From Promethearchaeota archaeon (GTDB lineage Archaea > Asgardarchaeota > Lokiarchaeia > Sigyniarchaeales > SOKP01), in NCBI GenBank assembly GCA_048937405.1, contig JBHLNF010000008.1:32001-96000 (forward strand): DNA of 64,000 bases. Direction: 5' to 3'. How positions within the stretch are numbered: position 1 is the first letter of the stretch; each line of letters begins with the position of its first letter. Of the stretch, positions 1 through 9,015 are shown one piece after another. Below the pieces are notes generated by a model. The model was given only the letters and a program-made list of their open reading frames with translations, did no database searches and was not told the origin of the DNA. Made by a program: the position numbers and the translations under genes.

Positions 1-302
1 TCCTCATCATTAATATCAGGGGACCATACATTTAACACAAGACAGTCTTCATTAACAGGCACTTCCAATCTCTTATTGGAAATTGGATCTCTAGGTAATA
101 GGCTTGAATTTCCCTGGGGACAACTTGGTCCATAGTTCGTTGTCTTAAGCACATCAGTCCACGGCCTTGCCGGTATTGGTGGTCGAAACCGTCTAATACC
201 GCTTGTATCAGCGCCATAAGGAATCCCTAGAAATATGTGAATACCCGTCGTTCCTTGATATCCCTCAACCACACCAAGAGTCGTTGTTACTTTCTCAGTC
301 AT
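1..302 (-). CDS. Carboxylesterase type B (PnbA-like), N-terminal part; runs off the window edge (not in ORF track)
   Basis: Manual translation from ATG at 302: MTEKVTTTLGVVEGYQG...FLGIPYGADTSGIRRFRPP...W...YGPSCPQ...NEDCLVLNVWSP. GIPY, RF.PP and EDCL.LNVW are type-B carboxylesterase hallmarks. Confidence 0.9.
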   Translation of the reverse strand, partial: MTEKVTTTLGVVEGYQGTTGIHIFLGIPYGADTSGIRRFRPPIPARPWTDVLKTTNYGPSCPQGNSSLLPRDPISNKRLEVPVNEDCLVLNVWSPDINDE

Positions 303-317
303 ATAAATTATCTCTGG

Positions 318-1052
318 TTATTTTTTTTTACCTTTTTGTCCGAATTCACCTGGCCAATTCCCTACCCAATAATGAGTGGGATCGACTATTTCTGGAGGCA
401 TTTCGCCAGTCACCGGATTGGGAAAATGAAAGGGCATAACTCCAGTTTCGGGAAACGGATGATACCAAGTAGTAGGTTCATCGGCTGGATTGTTCGGATC
501 AGACCATCTGGAATATTGGGGATTCACTTTCAGGTCTTCAAAATGAACCATAAAGATATGAATATATTTAAATTTGCTGATCTTCCATATCCCATCTTCC
601 TTGACAAATCCTTGTTCATATACGCCTGCGTTCAAAAGAACCCTTTGGTTATCCGGATAACCCATTATGACAGGTGTTAATACGGAAAAACGACCTTTTG
701 CAGTCTGACGATTATCAGCCACGGTAATCACTCCCATTCCACCCAATTGAAAAAGGGTATTTCCGAAATTCCAACCAACATCCCTGACATCTGAATCTAT
801 TGGTTTACCGGGACTGATAAAATTCTTACGAAATCCCTCTTTTCCCTTATAAACTCCACGACCTCCAATCTCTATAGATTCAGCGTTTTCTGAGACCAGC
901 TCGATTAACTGTTTGGCCATTCGGTTGTAATTGTAATACATGTAAATATAATGGAGCCGTCGGATCTCTTCAATATCTTTTTGTATCCCCAAATCATGTT
1001 CAAGGATTTTTAATTTTGCCTCAATGGCTTCAAGACGTGATTCTTCACTCAT
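318..1052 (-). CDS. SnoaL-like / NTF2-fold protein (SnoaL_4-type, possible lyase/dehydratase)
   Basis: LE..L..LE...DIEEIRRLHY.Y N-terminus, 'TAKGRF', 'YEQGFVKEDGIWKISKF', C-terminal PFHFPNPVTG; 15 nt upstream of the esterase (probable operon). Confidence 0.75.
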   Translation of the reverse strand: MSEESRLEAIEAKLKILEHDLGIQKDIEEIRRLHYIYMYYNYNRMAKQLIELVSENAESIEIGGRGVYKGKEGFRKNFISPGKPIDSDVRDVGWNFGNTLFQLGGMGVITVADNRQTAKGRFSVLTPVIMGYPDNQRVLLNAGVYEQGFVKEDGIWKISKFKYIHIFMVHFEDLKVNPQYSRWSDPNNPADEPTTWYHPFPETGVMPFHFPNPVTGEMPPEIVDPTHYWVGNWPGEFGQKGKKK

Positions 1053-1100
1053 TTTTAATTCTCCATTATTTATTGGAAAGATTTAAAACTATATTCTCGT

Positions 1101-1131
1101 TCCTGATCAGGAGCATTGGATTTACTCCAAT
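1101..1131. promoter_or_regulatory. Two adjacent palindromes upstream of the SnoaL/esterase operon (candidate operator)
   Basis: Perfect 12-bp palindrome TCCTGATCAGGA (1101-1112), then ATTGGA-N5-TCCAAT (1115-1131). Confidence 0.35.
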
Positions 1132-1285
1132 TTATATCCATGATAAAAGAATATAAAATAATATAATAAAAAAATTTTTATTTTTTTAATATTAGAAATT
1201 GTTAAATTGGATATTAGGGTGAAGAAGATTTGGATGATTTAAGAGTTTAAATAATTAGAAAGATAATCACACATTATACAAATTA

Positions 1286-1690
1286 GTGATTTCAATGAAT
1301 AATCTTTTAGAAGTTAAATTTATTTCAACAAATAAAGGAAGGGGAGTATTCGCTAAAAAAAATATATCCAAAGGAGAAATAATAGACATTGCTCATATCC
1401 TCCTTATTTCTAAAAGGGATTGGAATTTTATTGAGGATACTATCTTATCTCGCTATTCTTTTGAATGGGATGACCCTAAATATATAGAAGAATATGAATC
1501 AGCTATCTCTTTAAGTATTAGCCAACTTATAAACCATTCATATGAACCAAATGTTAAATATAATTACGATTACAATAATAAATGTATCGAATATATAACT
1601 CTTCGAGATATTTCTAAAGGCGAGGAAATTACTGTAAATTATAATGGAGACCCCCTTGATATGTCACCAGTAGGATTTGATGTGGAATAA
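1286..1690 (+). CDS. SET-domain protein-lysine methyltransferase
   Basis: KGRGVFAKKNI.KGE, INHSYEPN and GEEITVNY SET motifs. Confidence 0.9.
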   Translation: MISMNNLLEVKFISTNKGRGVFAKKNISKGEIIDIAHILLISKRDWNFIEDTILSRYSFEWDDPKYIEEYESAISLSISQLINHSYEPNVKYNYDYNNKCIEYITLRDISKGEEITVNYNGDPLDMSPVGFDVE

Positions 1691-1691
1691 A

Positions 1692-2564
1692 TCAATCTTT
1701 TTTTCTTAATGATTTAAGAATTTCTAAATTCATTATATCTTCTTTCATATCTTTCCCTTTTGGAGTTTCCAATATTCCTGGCATATCCTTAAATCTTTCA
1801 TCATTTAAAAAAAAGCCAAAAGGGTCTTTTCCAATTTTTCCTTTTCCAATATGAGTATGTCTGTCAACTCTGGAGCCACATTCTTTATCAGTATCGTTTA
1901 AATGAAATGCATAAAGATACTTTAATCCAATAACCTCATCGAATTCATTCCACACCTCTTCATATCCTTTTTTTGTTCGAAAATCATATCCCGCAACAAA
2001 GGAATGAGCAGTATCAAAACAGACTCCTATTCTATTTTTGATCTTTATTTTGTCTATTAATGTTTTAAAATGATGGAACTTATTCCCTAAACCTTTACCT
2101 TGTCCCGCAGTAGTTTCGAGTAATATTATTACTTTTGATGATTTATTTGCTTCAATCAATTTGTTTAACTGATCAGCAATTTGAGTTAATGCTTCTAATT
2201 TTGTAATTTCTTTTTTATCACTTATTGGAATTACTCCTGGATGCATATTTTCATATTCTATAGTCAATTGATCAACCTTAGTAAGCTCATCAAGCATAGC
2301 GTTATATGATTTCTCCAGTTTCTCTTTGTCCAAACTTGCTAGATTTACCAAATAGCTATTATGGGAAATAACAGGCCAAATTTCATCTTTCAATTCTTCC
2401 TTCTTATTTATAAAATTATCAATCTCCTTTTGTTTTAAAGGTGCAGAGGTCCAACCGCGTACATTCCTGACGAAAACTTGAATAGCTTCACACCCTAATT
2501 TTTTTCCACTTTCAAAAGCCATATATTTACCGCCAGAAACACTCATGTGTGCGCCAATTCTCAA
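1692..2564 (-). CDS. nfo: Endonuclease IV (AP endonuclease)
   Basis: IGAHMS, H.SYLVNLAS, HPG, LETTAGQG, CFDTAH, HLND, DRH.HIGKG, ILETP. Confidence 0.95.
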   Translation of the reverse strand: MRIGAHMSVSGGKYMAFESGKKLGCEAIQVFVRNVRGWTSAPLKQKEIDNFINKKEELKDEIWPVISHNSYLVNLASLDKEKLEKSYNAMLDELTKVDQLTIEYENMHPGVIPISDKKEITKLEALTQIADQLNKLIEANKSSKVIILLETTAGQGKGLGNKFHHFKTLIDKIKIKNRIGVCFDTAHSFVAGYDFRTKKGYEEVWNEFDEVIGLKYLYAFHLNDTDKECGSRVDRHTHIGKGKIGKDPFGFFLNDERFKDMPGILETPKGKDMKEDIMNLEILKSLRKKD

Positions 2565-2692
2565 TTAAATCACCTAATTAATTACTGCTTTTGGTCTAAT
2601 ATATTTTATATATTTTATTTTCTTTTTTATTGATTGATCGTTATTCAATTAATTCAATTTTATTTAAATTAGAATAAAAATATACTTTTCTC

Positions 2693-3340
2693 TTGATTAT
2701 GAGTGAATTATATCAAATTAAACAATTGAATGAAGATCAAATTGAAGATGCTAGCAAAGTCCTCGCTCGCGCATTTCAAGATGATCCTTTATTTATATAT
2801 TGTATTCCAGATCCTATTGAAAGAGAGACTAAAATTGCTACTCACTGCGAATGGCTTATTTTACTTGGAATTTTATCCGGTGAGGTATATATAACATCAA
2901 ATGATATTGAAGGCGTGATTATATGGCATCCTCACGGAATAAAAGAATACATAATTAATAAACCATCGAAGGAGATTAAACAAAGAATGCGAAAAGTTAG
3001 AAGAGAGCTATTTTCAGATGCTTTATATACAGAAAGAATGAGTATCTTTGAAGAAATTGCTAATTCATTTCAAATTAAATATGTAAATTTTCCTCATTGG
3101 TATTTAGCTTTTATTGGTGTTAATCCTATACATCAAGGTATGGGTTATGGTAGTGAGTTAATAAAGATTAAACTTGCTTATATTGATGAACAAAACTTAC
3201 CTTGTTATTTGCATACTGAAAATGAAAAAAATGTTAAATTTTATGAGCATTTCGGATTTGAACTCTTTGGTAAAAACAAGATTCCCAATTTTGATTTTTA
3301 CCATCATGCAATGCTTCGAAATAAGAAAAAGAAAGTTTAA
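2693..3340 (+). CDS. GNAT-family N-acetyltransferase
   Basis: LARAFQDDP, HWYLAFIGVNP.HQGMGYGS, YLHT..EKNVKFYEHFGF. Confidence 0.9.
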   Translation: MIMSELYQIKQLNEDQIEDASKVLARAFQDDPLFIYCIPDPIERETKIATHCEWLILLGILSGEVYITSNDIEGVIIWHPHGIKEYIINKPSKEIKQRMRKVRRELFSDALYTERMSIFEEIANSFQIKYVNFPHWYLAFIGVNPIHQGMGYGSELIKIKLAYIDEQNLPCYLHTENEKNVKFYEHFGFELFGKNKIPNFDFYHHAMLRNKKKKV

Positions 3341-3343
3341 TAA

Positions 3344-5074
3344 TTAAAACTCATGTTTATCTAATCTATTCCAAAAATATTTCAAATCCTCTTTATCAAA
3401 AGTAAATTTTAAATTTGTTGGTTGAGAACATTCTTCTCTAAAAAATTCTGGCATATCATTCATATCTAAAGTAAATCCTGCTTTTTCATTAAATTCAAGT
3501 TCAGTTTTTAAAATATCAATCCCAATATTAATAAGATCGTCTCTTGTTAAATTCAAACTATACATAGCATTAATAACATTTACTAATATCTCCATGATTT
3601 CATATGTTGGTCCGATAAAATAGCAGCAACCCATTGAATCTACTATTGCGGTATATACTTGTAATTCGAATGATAATTCAAATTTTCCCTTATCATCAGT
3701 CAAATCACCATAATCTTTATGTTGACTTGCAACTCTTCCAGCAATGGCTGCTCCTGCTGTATGATCTGCACCCATTGGCGAAGTTGTATATGTAACTCCC
3801 ATTGCCTTAAAAACTCTTCCATCATAAGCGGAAATTCCTTGTCCTTTTACTTGAGGAATTCGTTTCGCATTAAGTTTATCCCCTATATGCTTAACACCAT
3901 TTCCATATAATTTTCCTACTTCAGTATTATTTCTTATTTCATTATCTAAAATTTCGAATACTTTAGAATCATTTCCCCATTCTACTTTTCCACAATCCAT
4001 CGCTACTCCAACTGTTACACCAAATTCCATTGTATCTATTCCTAAATCATCGCATAAATGATCGATTTTTGCTAAACTGTCCAAATTATCAATCATTAAG
4101 TTAGTACCATTCAAAGCCATAGTTTCATATTCTAAACTAGATGTAACATGGTTTCCTTGTTCGTCAACAAATAGATTTGAACATTTAATTACGCACGTTG
4201 GAGAGCATGCTAATCTCTTTTGACCTCCTCGAGCTAAAATTAACTCGTGAAGAGTTTCTCCTGAAATATTTTCTATTTTATCATAAGATCCAAATTGAAA
4301 ATTCTTTGTTGGTATTCCTCCTAATCCACTCATAGCTTTCATCATTATAGGTGTACCAAAAATTGAAAATGCTTTCCTTGTTTGAGCGAGGTTTGTTGCA
4401 AAGGGCTTTGAGATTTCTCTGAACTTTTTTAAATTGTGAATCTCAACTTTTGATTTTTTTGATGGTTTAATTATTATTGCCTTAATTTTTTTTGATCCCA
4501 TTACAGCACCTAAACCTCCCCGAGCAGCATGTCTACTTGGATAACCTTCTAAATCATTTGCACCTATAGTTGCTGATTTCATCAAATATTGACCAGTAGG
4601 TCCAATTGAATAAATACCGATCTTTTGACCAAATTTTTCCATTAATCTATTATGTAATTTGTAATTACCCAAACCATCATATTCTTCTGCTGGAATCAAC
4701 TTAATTCCATTATCATCTATTAAAATCAGCTTTAAGGAAGATGAGATATTTTCTAGAATTAGGGCTCTTATACCATGTCTAGCAAGCATCATTGCTGGTC
4801 TACCTCCTACATTAGCCTCTTTTATTCCATTTGTCAATGGACTTTTTGCTCCTATCGATGTACGACCAGAACAAGGAAAAGCACTTCCGGCTAATAATCC
4901 ATTAGAGATAATTAATTTATTTTCCCTACTTAGAGGATCACATAAAGGAGGGACTTCATTATAAATAATCTGAGAACTTAATCCTCTCGCACCAAGTAAA
5001 AAATATTTTGAATCTGGATTGATTTCTTCAAATTGTATATCTTCATTTTGAACATTAATTCTTATGATTTTCAT
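3344..5074 (-). CDS. aor: Tungsten-dependent aldehyde:ferredoxin oxidoreductase family protein
   Basis: KSPLT.GIKEAN.GG, AARGGLGAVMGSK, C..TC.I.C, LEYET, CDDLGIDT, GADHT. Confidence 0.9.
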   Translation of the reverse strand: MKIIRINVQNEDIQFEEINPDSKYFLLGARGLSSQIIYNEVPPLCDPLSRENKLIISNGLLAGSAFPCSGRTSIGAKSPLTNGIKEANVGGRPAMMLARHGIRALILENISSSLKLILIDDNGIKLIPAEEYDGLGNYKLHNRLMEKFGQKIGIYSIGPTGQYLMKSATIGANDLEGYPSRHAARGGLGAVMGSKKIKAIIIKPSKKSKVEIHNLKKFREISKPFATNLAQTRKAFSIFGTPIMMKAMSGLGGIPTKNFQFGSYDKIENISGETLHELILARGGQKRLACSPTCVIKCSNLFVDEQGNHVTSSLEYETMALNGTNLMIDNLDSLAKIDHLCDDLGIDTMEFGVTVGVAMDCGKVEWGNDSKVFEILDNEIRNNTEVGKLYGNGVKHIGDKLNAKRIPQVKGQGISAYDGRVFKAMGVTYTTSPMGADHTAGAAIAGRVASQHKDYGDLTDDKGKFELSFELQVYTAIVDSMGCCYFIGPTYEIMEILVNVINAMYSLNLTRDDLINIGIDILKTELEFNEKAGFTLDMNDMPEFFREECSQPTNLKFTFDKEDLKYFWNRLDKHEF

Positions 5075-5221
5075 ATTTTTACAATAATAGCTTAAATTAT
5101 TTTATTTTTGTTTATTTTTTTTAAAATTTCAGATATATAGTATAGTAAAGATTTAAATTCAAAATTAAATAAAACAAATTTACTATACATTCTTATAAAT
5201 TAGGAATTTAGTGATATCAAA

Positions 5222-6046
5222 ATGGGTACTGAAAATTCAAAATATGTAAATTATTTCTTAAATCAAGAATTTTTAAAAAAATCAAAAGAAATGTGGGAAG
5301 AGAGGTTTGGAAGTCAAGCAAAAGATATAGACTATACTTTTATAAGCCATGTTTTACCTGATAAAGCAAAAAAAGACATTGATAGAGAATTCTATGTAGA
5401 ATTCAAATTATCTCATGGAAAATTGGAGTATAATATTGTTTATGATACCACGCCTCAAAAAATGAAATTGGCTTGGATTTGGTCAGGAGAACCAAAAAAG
5501 TGGAAAAAAGCATTTCAAACTGGACAATTAAAACCTTTGAAGAGAACTGTAAAGCTTTCAGATGTAAAAAAATTTGGAGTAGAAGCAATCGTTAGATTAA
5601 ATTCACTTTTCTTTGGTCATACATTCGCTATAGCTAGAGATTTTGGATTCCTTGAAGGAGAATCAACACCAGCTATTCAAGAATCTCAATTAATAGAAAA
5701 AAAGGATAGTGTACAAATAAAACAAGATATATCTAATTTGAGTTTAGAAATCGAGAACAGTGGATGGACTCCAGATTTAGGACACAAATTAGGTTGGAAT
5801 TATTTTAATATTGGAGATATAGAAAAAGCTGAAGCAGAGTTTAATAAATATATCACAGCCACAAAAAAACAAGATGTTCCTGCATTTATTTTAATGAAAT
5901 GGTTAGTAGAGAATGCAGAGAATGTTAGCTTAATGACCAATCAATCAGATGGTCTCGATCAGGTTATTGGAAGTTTTACTAAAGAAGAAATGATGGAAAT
6001 GTATGAAGAAGGCAAGAACAATTATTTAAAACAATTTCAAAAATAA
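5222..6046 (+). CDS. Hypothetical protein, possible SCP2-like N-domain plus TPR-like helix pair
   Basis: 274 aa ORF; LGWNYFNIGDIEKAEAEFNKY is TPR-like; N-half weakly resembles a sterol-carrier fold. Confidence 0.45.
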   Translation: MGTENSKYVNYFLNQEFLKKSKEMWEERFGSQAKDIDYTFISHVLPDKAKKDIDREFYVEFKLSHGKLEYNIVYDTTPQKMKLAWIWSGEPKKWKKAFQTGQLKPLKRTVKLSDVKKFGVEAIVRLNSLFFGHTFAIARDFGFLEGESTPAIQESQLIEKKDSVQIKQDISNLSLEIENSGWTPDLGHKLGWNYFNIGDIEKAEAEFNKYITATKKQDVPAFILMKWLVENAENVSLMTNQSDGLDQVIGSFTKEEMMEMYEEGKNNYLKQFQK

Positions 6047-6118
6047 TAGTTGAAAAATTTCTTCTATTTTTTAAAACTATTTCTGTTGTCTTATAAATAG
6101 TAAATTAAGACTTTTTTT

Positions 6119-6970
6119 TCATTTTTTTTTTGGAATACCATTCGAGCAAGCAACCCCAACTTGGCATAATCCACACCCGTAAATATCAATTCCATAATTT
6201 TTTTTAATAAAAGGAACTGTACTCCCTACGTGTTGAGAACAAACAATCTTATTATGTCGATATTCGAATGATATTGCATTTACAGGACACCTAGAGATAC
6301 ATTCACCACAATTAGTACAAAATTCATATGGATCTGAGGGTCGGTTTAAAACGTCTGTTGGAAGTTTTAAATCAATTATAATACTTCCACATCTCATAGC
6401 TTTTCCTCTCGAATTGATAAATCCGTCTGATAACCCAAATGAGCCTAAACCTGCTGCAAAACAATTATGTCTATGAGACCAGTTAGATGCCCAAATTTCT
6501 CGGTTAATATTAAATAAATCTTCATCAAGAGCAGGAGCGAATGCATTGACTCGCAGTTTTTTTAATTCATCTACTAAATATTTTTGAATATTTTTATTAG
6601 CTTGCTCTCCAAAAAGTCTTGTGTTAGCCCATCGTTCAGATGGCATTGATTTAGAATAATTAAAGTTCTCAATCTTAGTATCTTGATTAATAGGCAAGAT
6701 ATATGCAACCACACTTAGATTTTTATTGTTGAATTCAATATTATTCTTCCTGCAATACCACTCGTATGCTTCACTAGGGGTTAAATGAAACTCACCTATA
6801 ATCTTTTTATATTTAGTATAAATAGGATCATTTCCATCAGCGATACCTACAAGAATGTCAGGTTTGAATATATATGAGTCATCAATCATGCTCATTTTAT
6901 TTATTTCATCGTTTTCAAGAAAATCATTTATCTTTTGAATAAACCAATCTTTACTTACACTTTTACTCAT
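6119..6970 (-). CDS. QueG/reductive-dehalogenase-like 4Fe-4S protein
   Basis: ASNWSHRH..FAAGLGSFGLS, CTNCGECISRCP, C..H, GCGLCQVGVAC. Confidence 0.75.
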   Translation of the reverse strand: MSKSVSKDWFIQKINDFLENDEINKMSMIDDSYIFKPDILVGIADGNDPIYTKYKKIIGEFHLTPSEAYEWYCRKNNIEFNNKNLSVVAYILPINQDTKIENFNYSKSMPSERWANTRLFGEQANKNIQKYLVDELKKLRVNAFAPALDEDLFNINREIWASNWSHRHNCFAAGLGSFGLSDGFINSRGKAMRCGSIIIDLKLPTDVLNRPSDPYEFCTNCGECISRCPVNAISFEYRHNKIVCSQHVGSTVPFIKKNYGIDIYGCGLCQVGVACSNGIPKKK

Positions 6971-7224
6971 AATTTAATTAACGATATTTTCATTTCTAAT
7001 TTATTTCTCAAATTGATAATATCTATTTATTTTTTTTCTTGAAATTCAGAATCTTAACGTAAGAATTGAAGAGATATAATTTTAAATAAAATCTCAATTA
7101 TAAGGGTAATGATTGAAAATAGTTTATTATTATACTAATTTTATAAGTGTTTTTTGAAAAAACATTCTCTACTCAATAAAATTGATGAAAAAATTATTAA
7201 ATTTATCACTAAAAATATTATCAT

Positions 7225-7243
7225 CGAAACAAAGATTTATAAA
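7225..7243 (+). promoter_or_regulatory. Candidate archaeal BRE/TATA promoter of tfb
   Basis: cgaaacaaaga-TTTATAAA about 110 nt upstream of the tfb ATG; AT-rich background limits certainty. Confidence 0.3.
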
Positions 7244-7351
7244 TTCAACTTTCGTATATAAGCATATCACGTATATTAAATTATTATCAAATGTTTAATA
7301 CCTGTGATAGCTTTTACGCTTTTTAAATAATTTATTACATTGTGACTAATT

Positions 7352-8278
7352 ATGAATGAGCAGTATCGAGAACGATTTATTAGCAATAAAATCAATGAAG
7401 AAAAATTACCTCAAAATATTTGTTGTGATAATCCTTTTATTGAATCTCGAGATGGGAATAAAGTTTGTTTAAATTGTGGAATTATATTTGAACGTACATT
7501 CGTAGGAAATGAGAGACGAGCTTACACTATAGAAGAAATACAAAATAGACGTAGAACAGAACCACGATGGAGAGATTTTGGGCCCCGGACTATGCTACCA
7601 AATACCAAAACGGATAGTAAAGGTAAATCAATAGGTGCTAAAGAACAAGCACTTTTTTCTCGACTTTCAAAAATTCAGAATTCATTAATTTCAAGTATAG
7701 AAAGGAATTTTTGGGAAGCGAAACCAAAATTAAAAATGTTAACTTCTAAATTAAATATACCAGAATATATTGCAGAGACGGCTTGGAAAATTTATAGTAT
7801 CGTTGCAAAAAAGAAATTAACTATGGGTAGATCAATTAATGGTTTTATTTCTGGATCTTTATATGCTGCTATTCGCGTCCATGATTTTCCACGATTATTA
7901 GATGAGATATGTGAAGCCTCATTAACACCACGACGAACTGTCCATAGAAGTTTAGCAATGATTATTCGTGAAGTGCTTCCTGAATTAAATTTAAGATATC
8001 AGCCTATAACTGCTGAATCACTAGTATTCCGTTTTGGAAATGAGCTAGATTTACCTATTAAAATACAAAAAAATGCTATTAATATGTTAAGAGATGCTTC
8101 AAAAAACGGATTGAAGCGAACTGGTAAAGATCCAAAGGGTTTAGCAGCAGCATGTATATATATTGCGGCAAAAAATGGGTGTATTCGGAAAACACAGTCT
8201 AAAGTAGCTGATGTAGCCAAAATTACAGAGGTTACCCTTAGATCTCGAGCAAAACAAATAAAAAGTAAATTATCCTAA
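7352..8278 (+). CDS. tfb: Transcription initiation factor IIB (TFB)
   Basis: Zn ribbon (CC...VCLNCG), ERNF..A, GRS, GKDPKGLAAACIYIA, TQ..VA.VA.ITEVTLRSR cyclin repeats. Confidence 0.93.
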   Translation: MNEQYRERFISNKINEEKLPQNICCDNPFIESRDGNKVCLNCGIIFERTFVGNERRAYTIEEIQNRRRTEPRWRDFGPRTMLPNTKTDSKGKSIGAKEQALFSRLSKIQNSLISSIERNFWEAKPKLKMLTSKLNIPEYIAETAWKIYSIVAKKKLTMGRSINGFISGSLYAAIRVHDFPRLLDEICEASLTPRRTVHRSLAMIIREVLPELNLRYQPITAESLVFRFGNELDLPIKIQKNAINMLRDASKNGLKRTGKDPKGLAAACIYIAAKNGCIRKTQSKVADVAKITEVTLRSRAKQIKSKLS

Positions 8279-8296
8279 TTTTATTTTTTAAAAATT

Positions 8297-8860
8297 TTAT
8301 CTATTAATTTTTAACTCTTCTTCTTGTAAAAGAGTCCACTTTATACCAATTCCAGTTACACACAAACCAATGATTAAAGTATAACAGTTTATTGAAATGA
8401 AAATTATCCATAAAATGGCAGGAAAAATTGGAGTAATGTTTGAGTCATATAGGGCAGTTTGAAAACGAATTGAATCAGAAATCATTTTAATTCTGATTTT
8501 TCCTAAAAGGACTAAAAAATCCATTTTAACAAAACCACCTAATAAAATAACCATCCCTATAATAATCATATACTTTGCCAGTGCCCAACTTTCAAAACTT
8601 TTTGATATAATTATTTTATACATAAAAATTCCCAGAATTAAGTAACTAACCATTGCAATAATTAAAAAAACCCATAGTAGAGTTCCAGACAGGGAAATCA
8701 TATCAGAGATATATATAAATTCGGATAATAAAAGTGAATCACCATCAAGATTGAATGGTGCGAAATGTATCACAATGAAAAATACAATTTCAGCTAAAGA
8801 GATGATTATAAATGTCAAACCAACGATTTGAAGAAATTTAAGAATTTTATCATGTTTCAT
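8297..8860 (-). CDS. Integral membrane protein (about 4 TM), unknown function
   Basis: Four hydrophobic stretches in 187 aa. Confidence 0.65.
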   Translation of the reverse strand: MKHDKILKFLQIVGLTFIIISLAEIVFFIVIHFAPFNLDGDSLLLSEFIYISDMISLSGTLLWVFLIIAMVSYLILGIFMYKIIISKSFESWALAKYMIIIGMVILLGGFVKMDFLVLLGKIRIKMISDSIRFQTALYDSNITPIFPAILWIIFISINCYTLIIGLCVTGIGIKWTLLQEEELKINR

Positions 8861-9015
8861 TTTTATATCACTTAAACACTATGAAAAAGCAATAAAATTT
8901 TTTATTTTATTACTTTTATACTTATTATTGTTTTTGAAATTAATATAAATTTTTAATATTATTGTTTTTTACCAAATTCAGTTTTGAAAAATAATTAGAT
9001 TAGATTGGTTTATAA

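Noticed and set aside
32-680. ORF-track entries 32..217(-), 203..439(+), 237..680(+)
   Set aside because: Off-frame or antisense shadows of the carboxylesterase (1..302) and SnoaL (318..1052) genes
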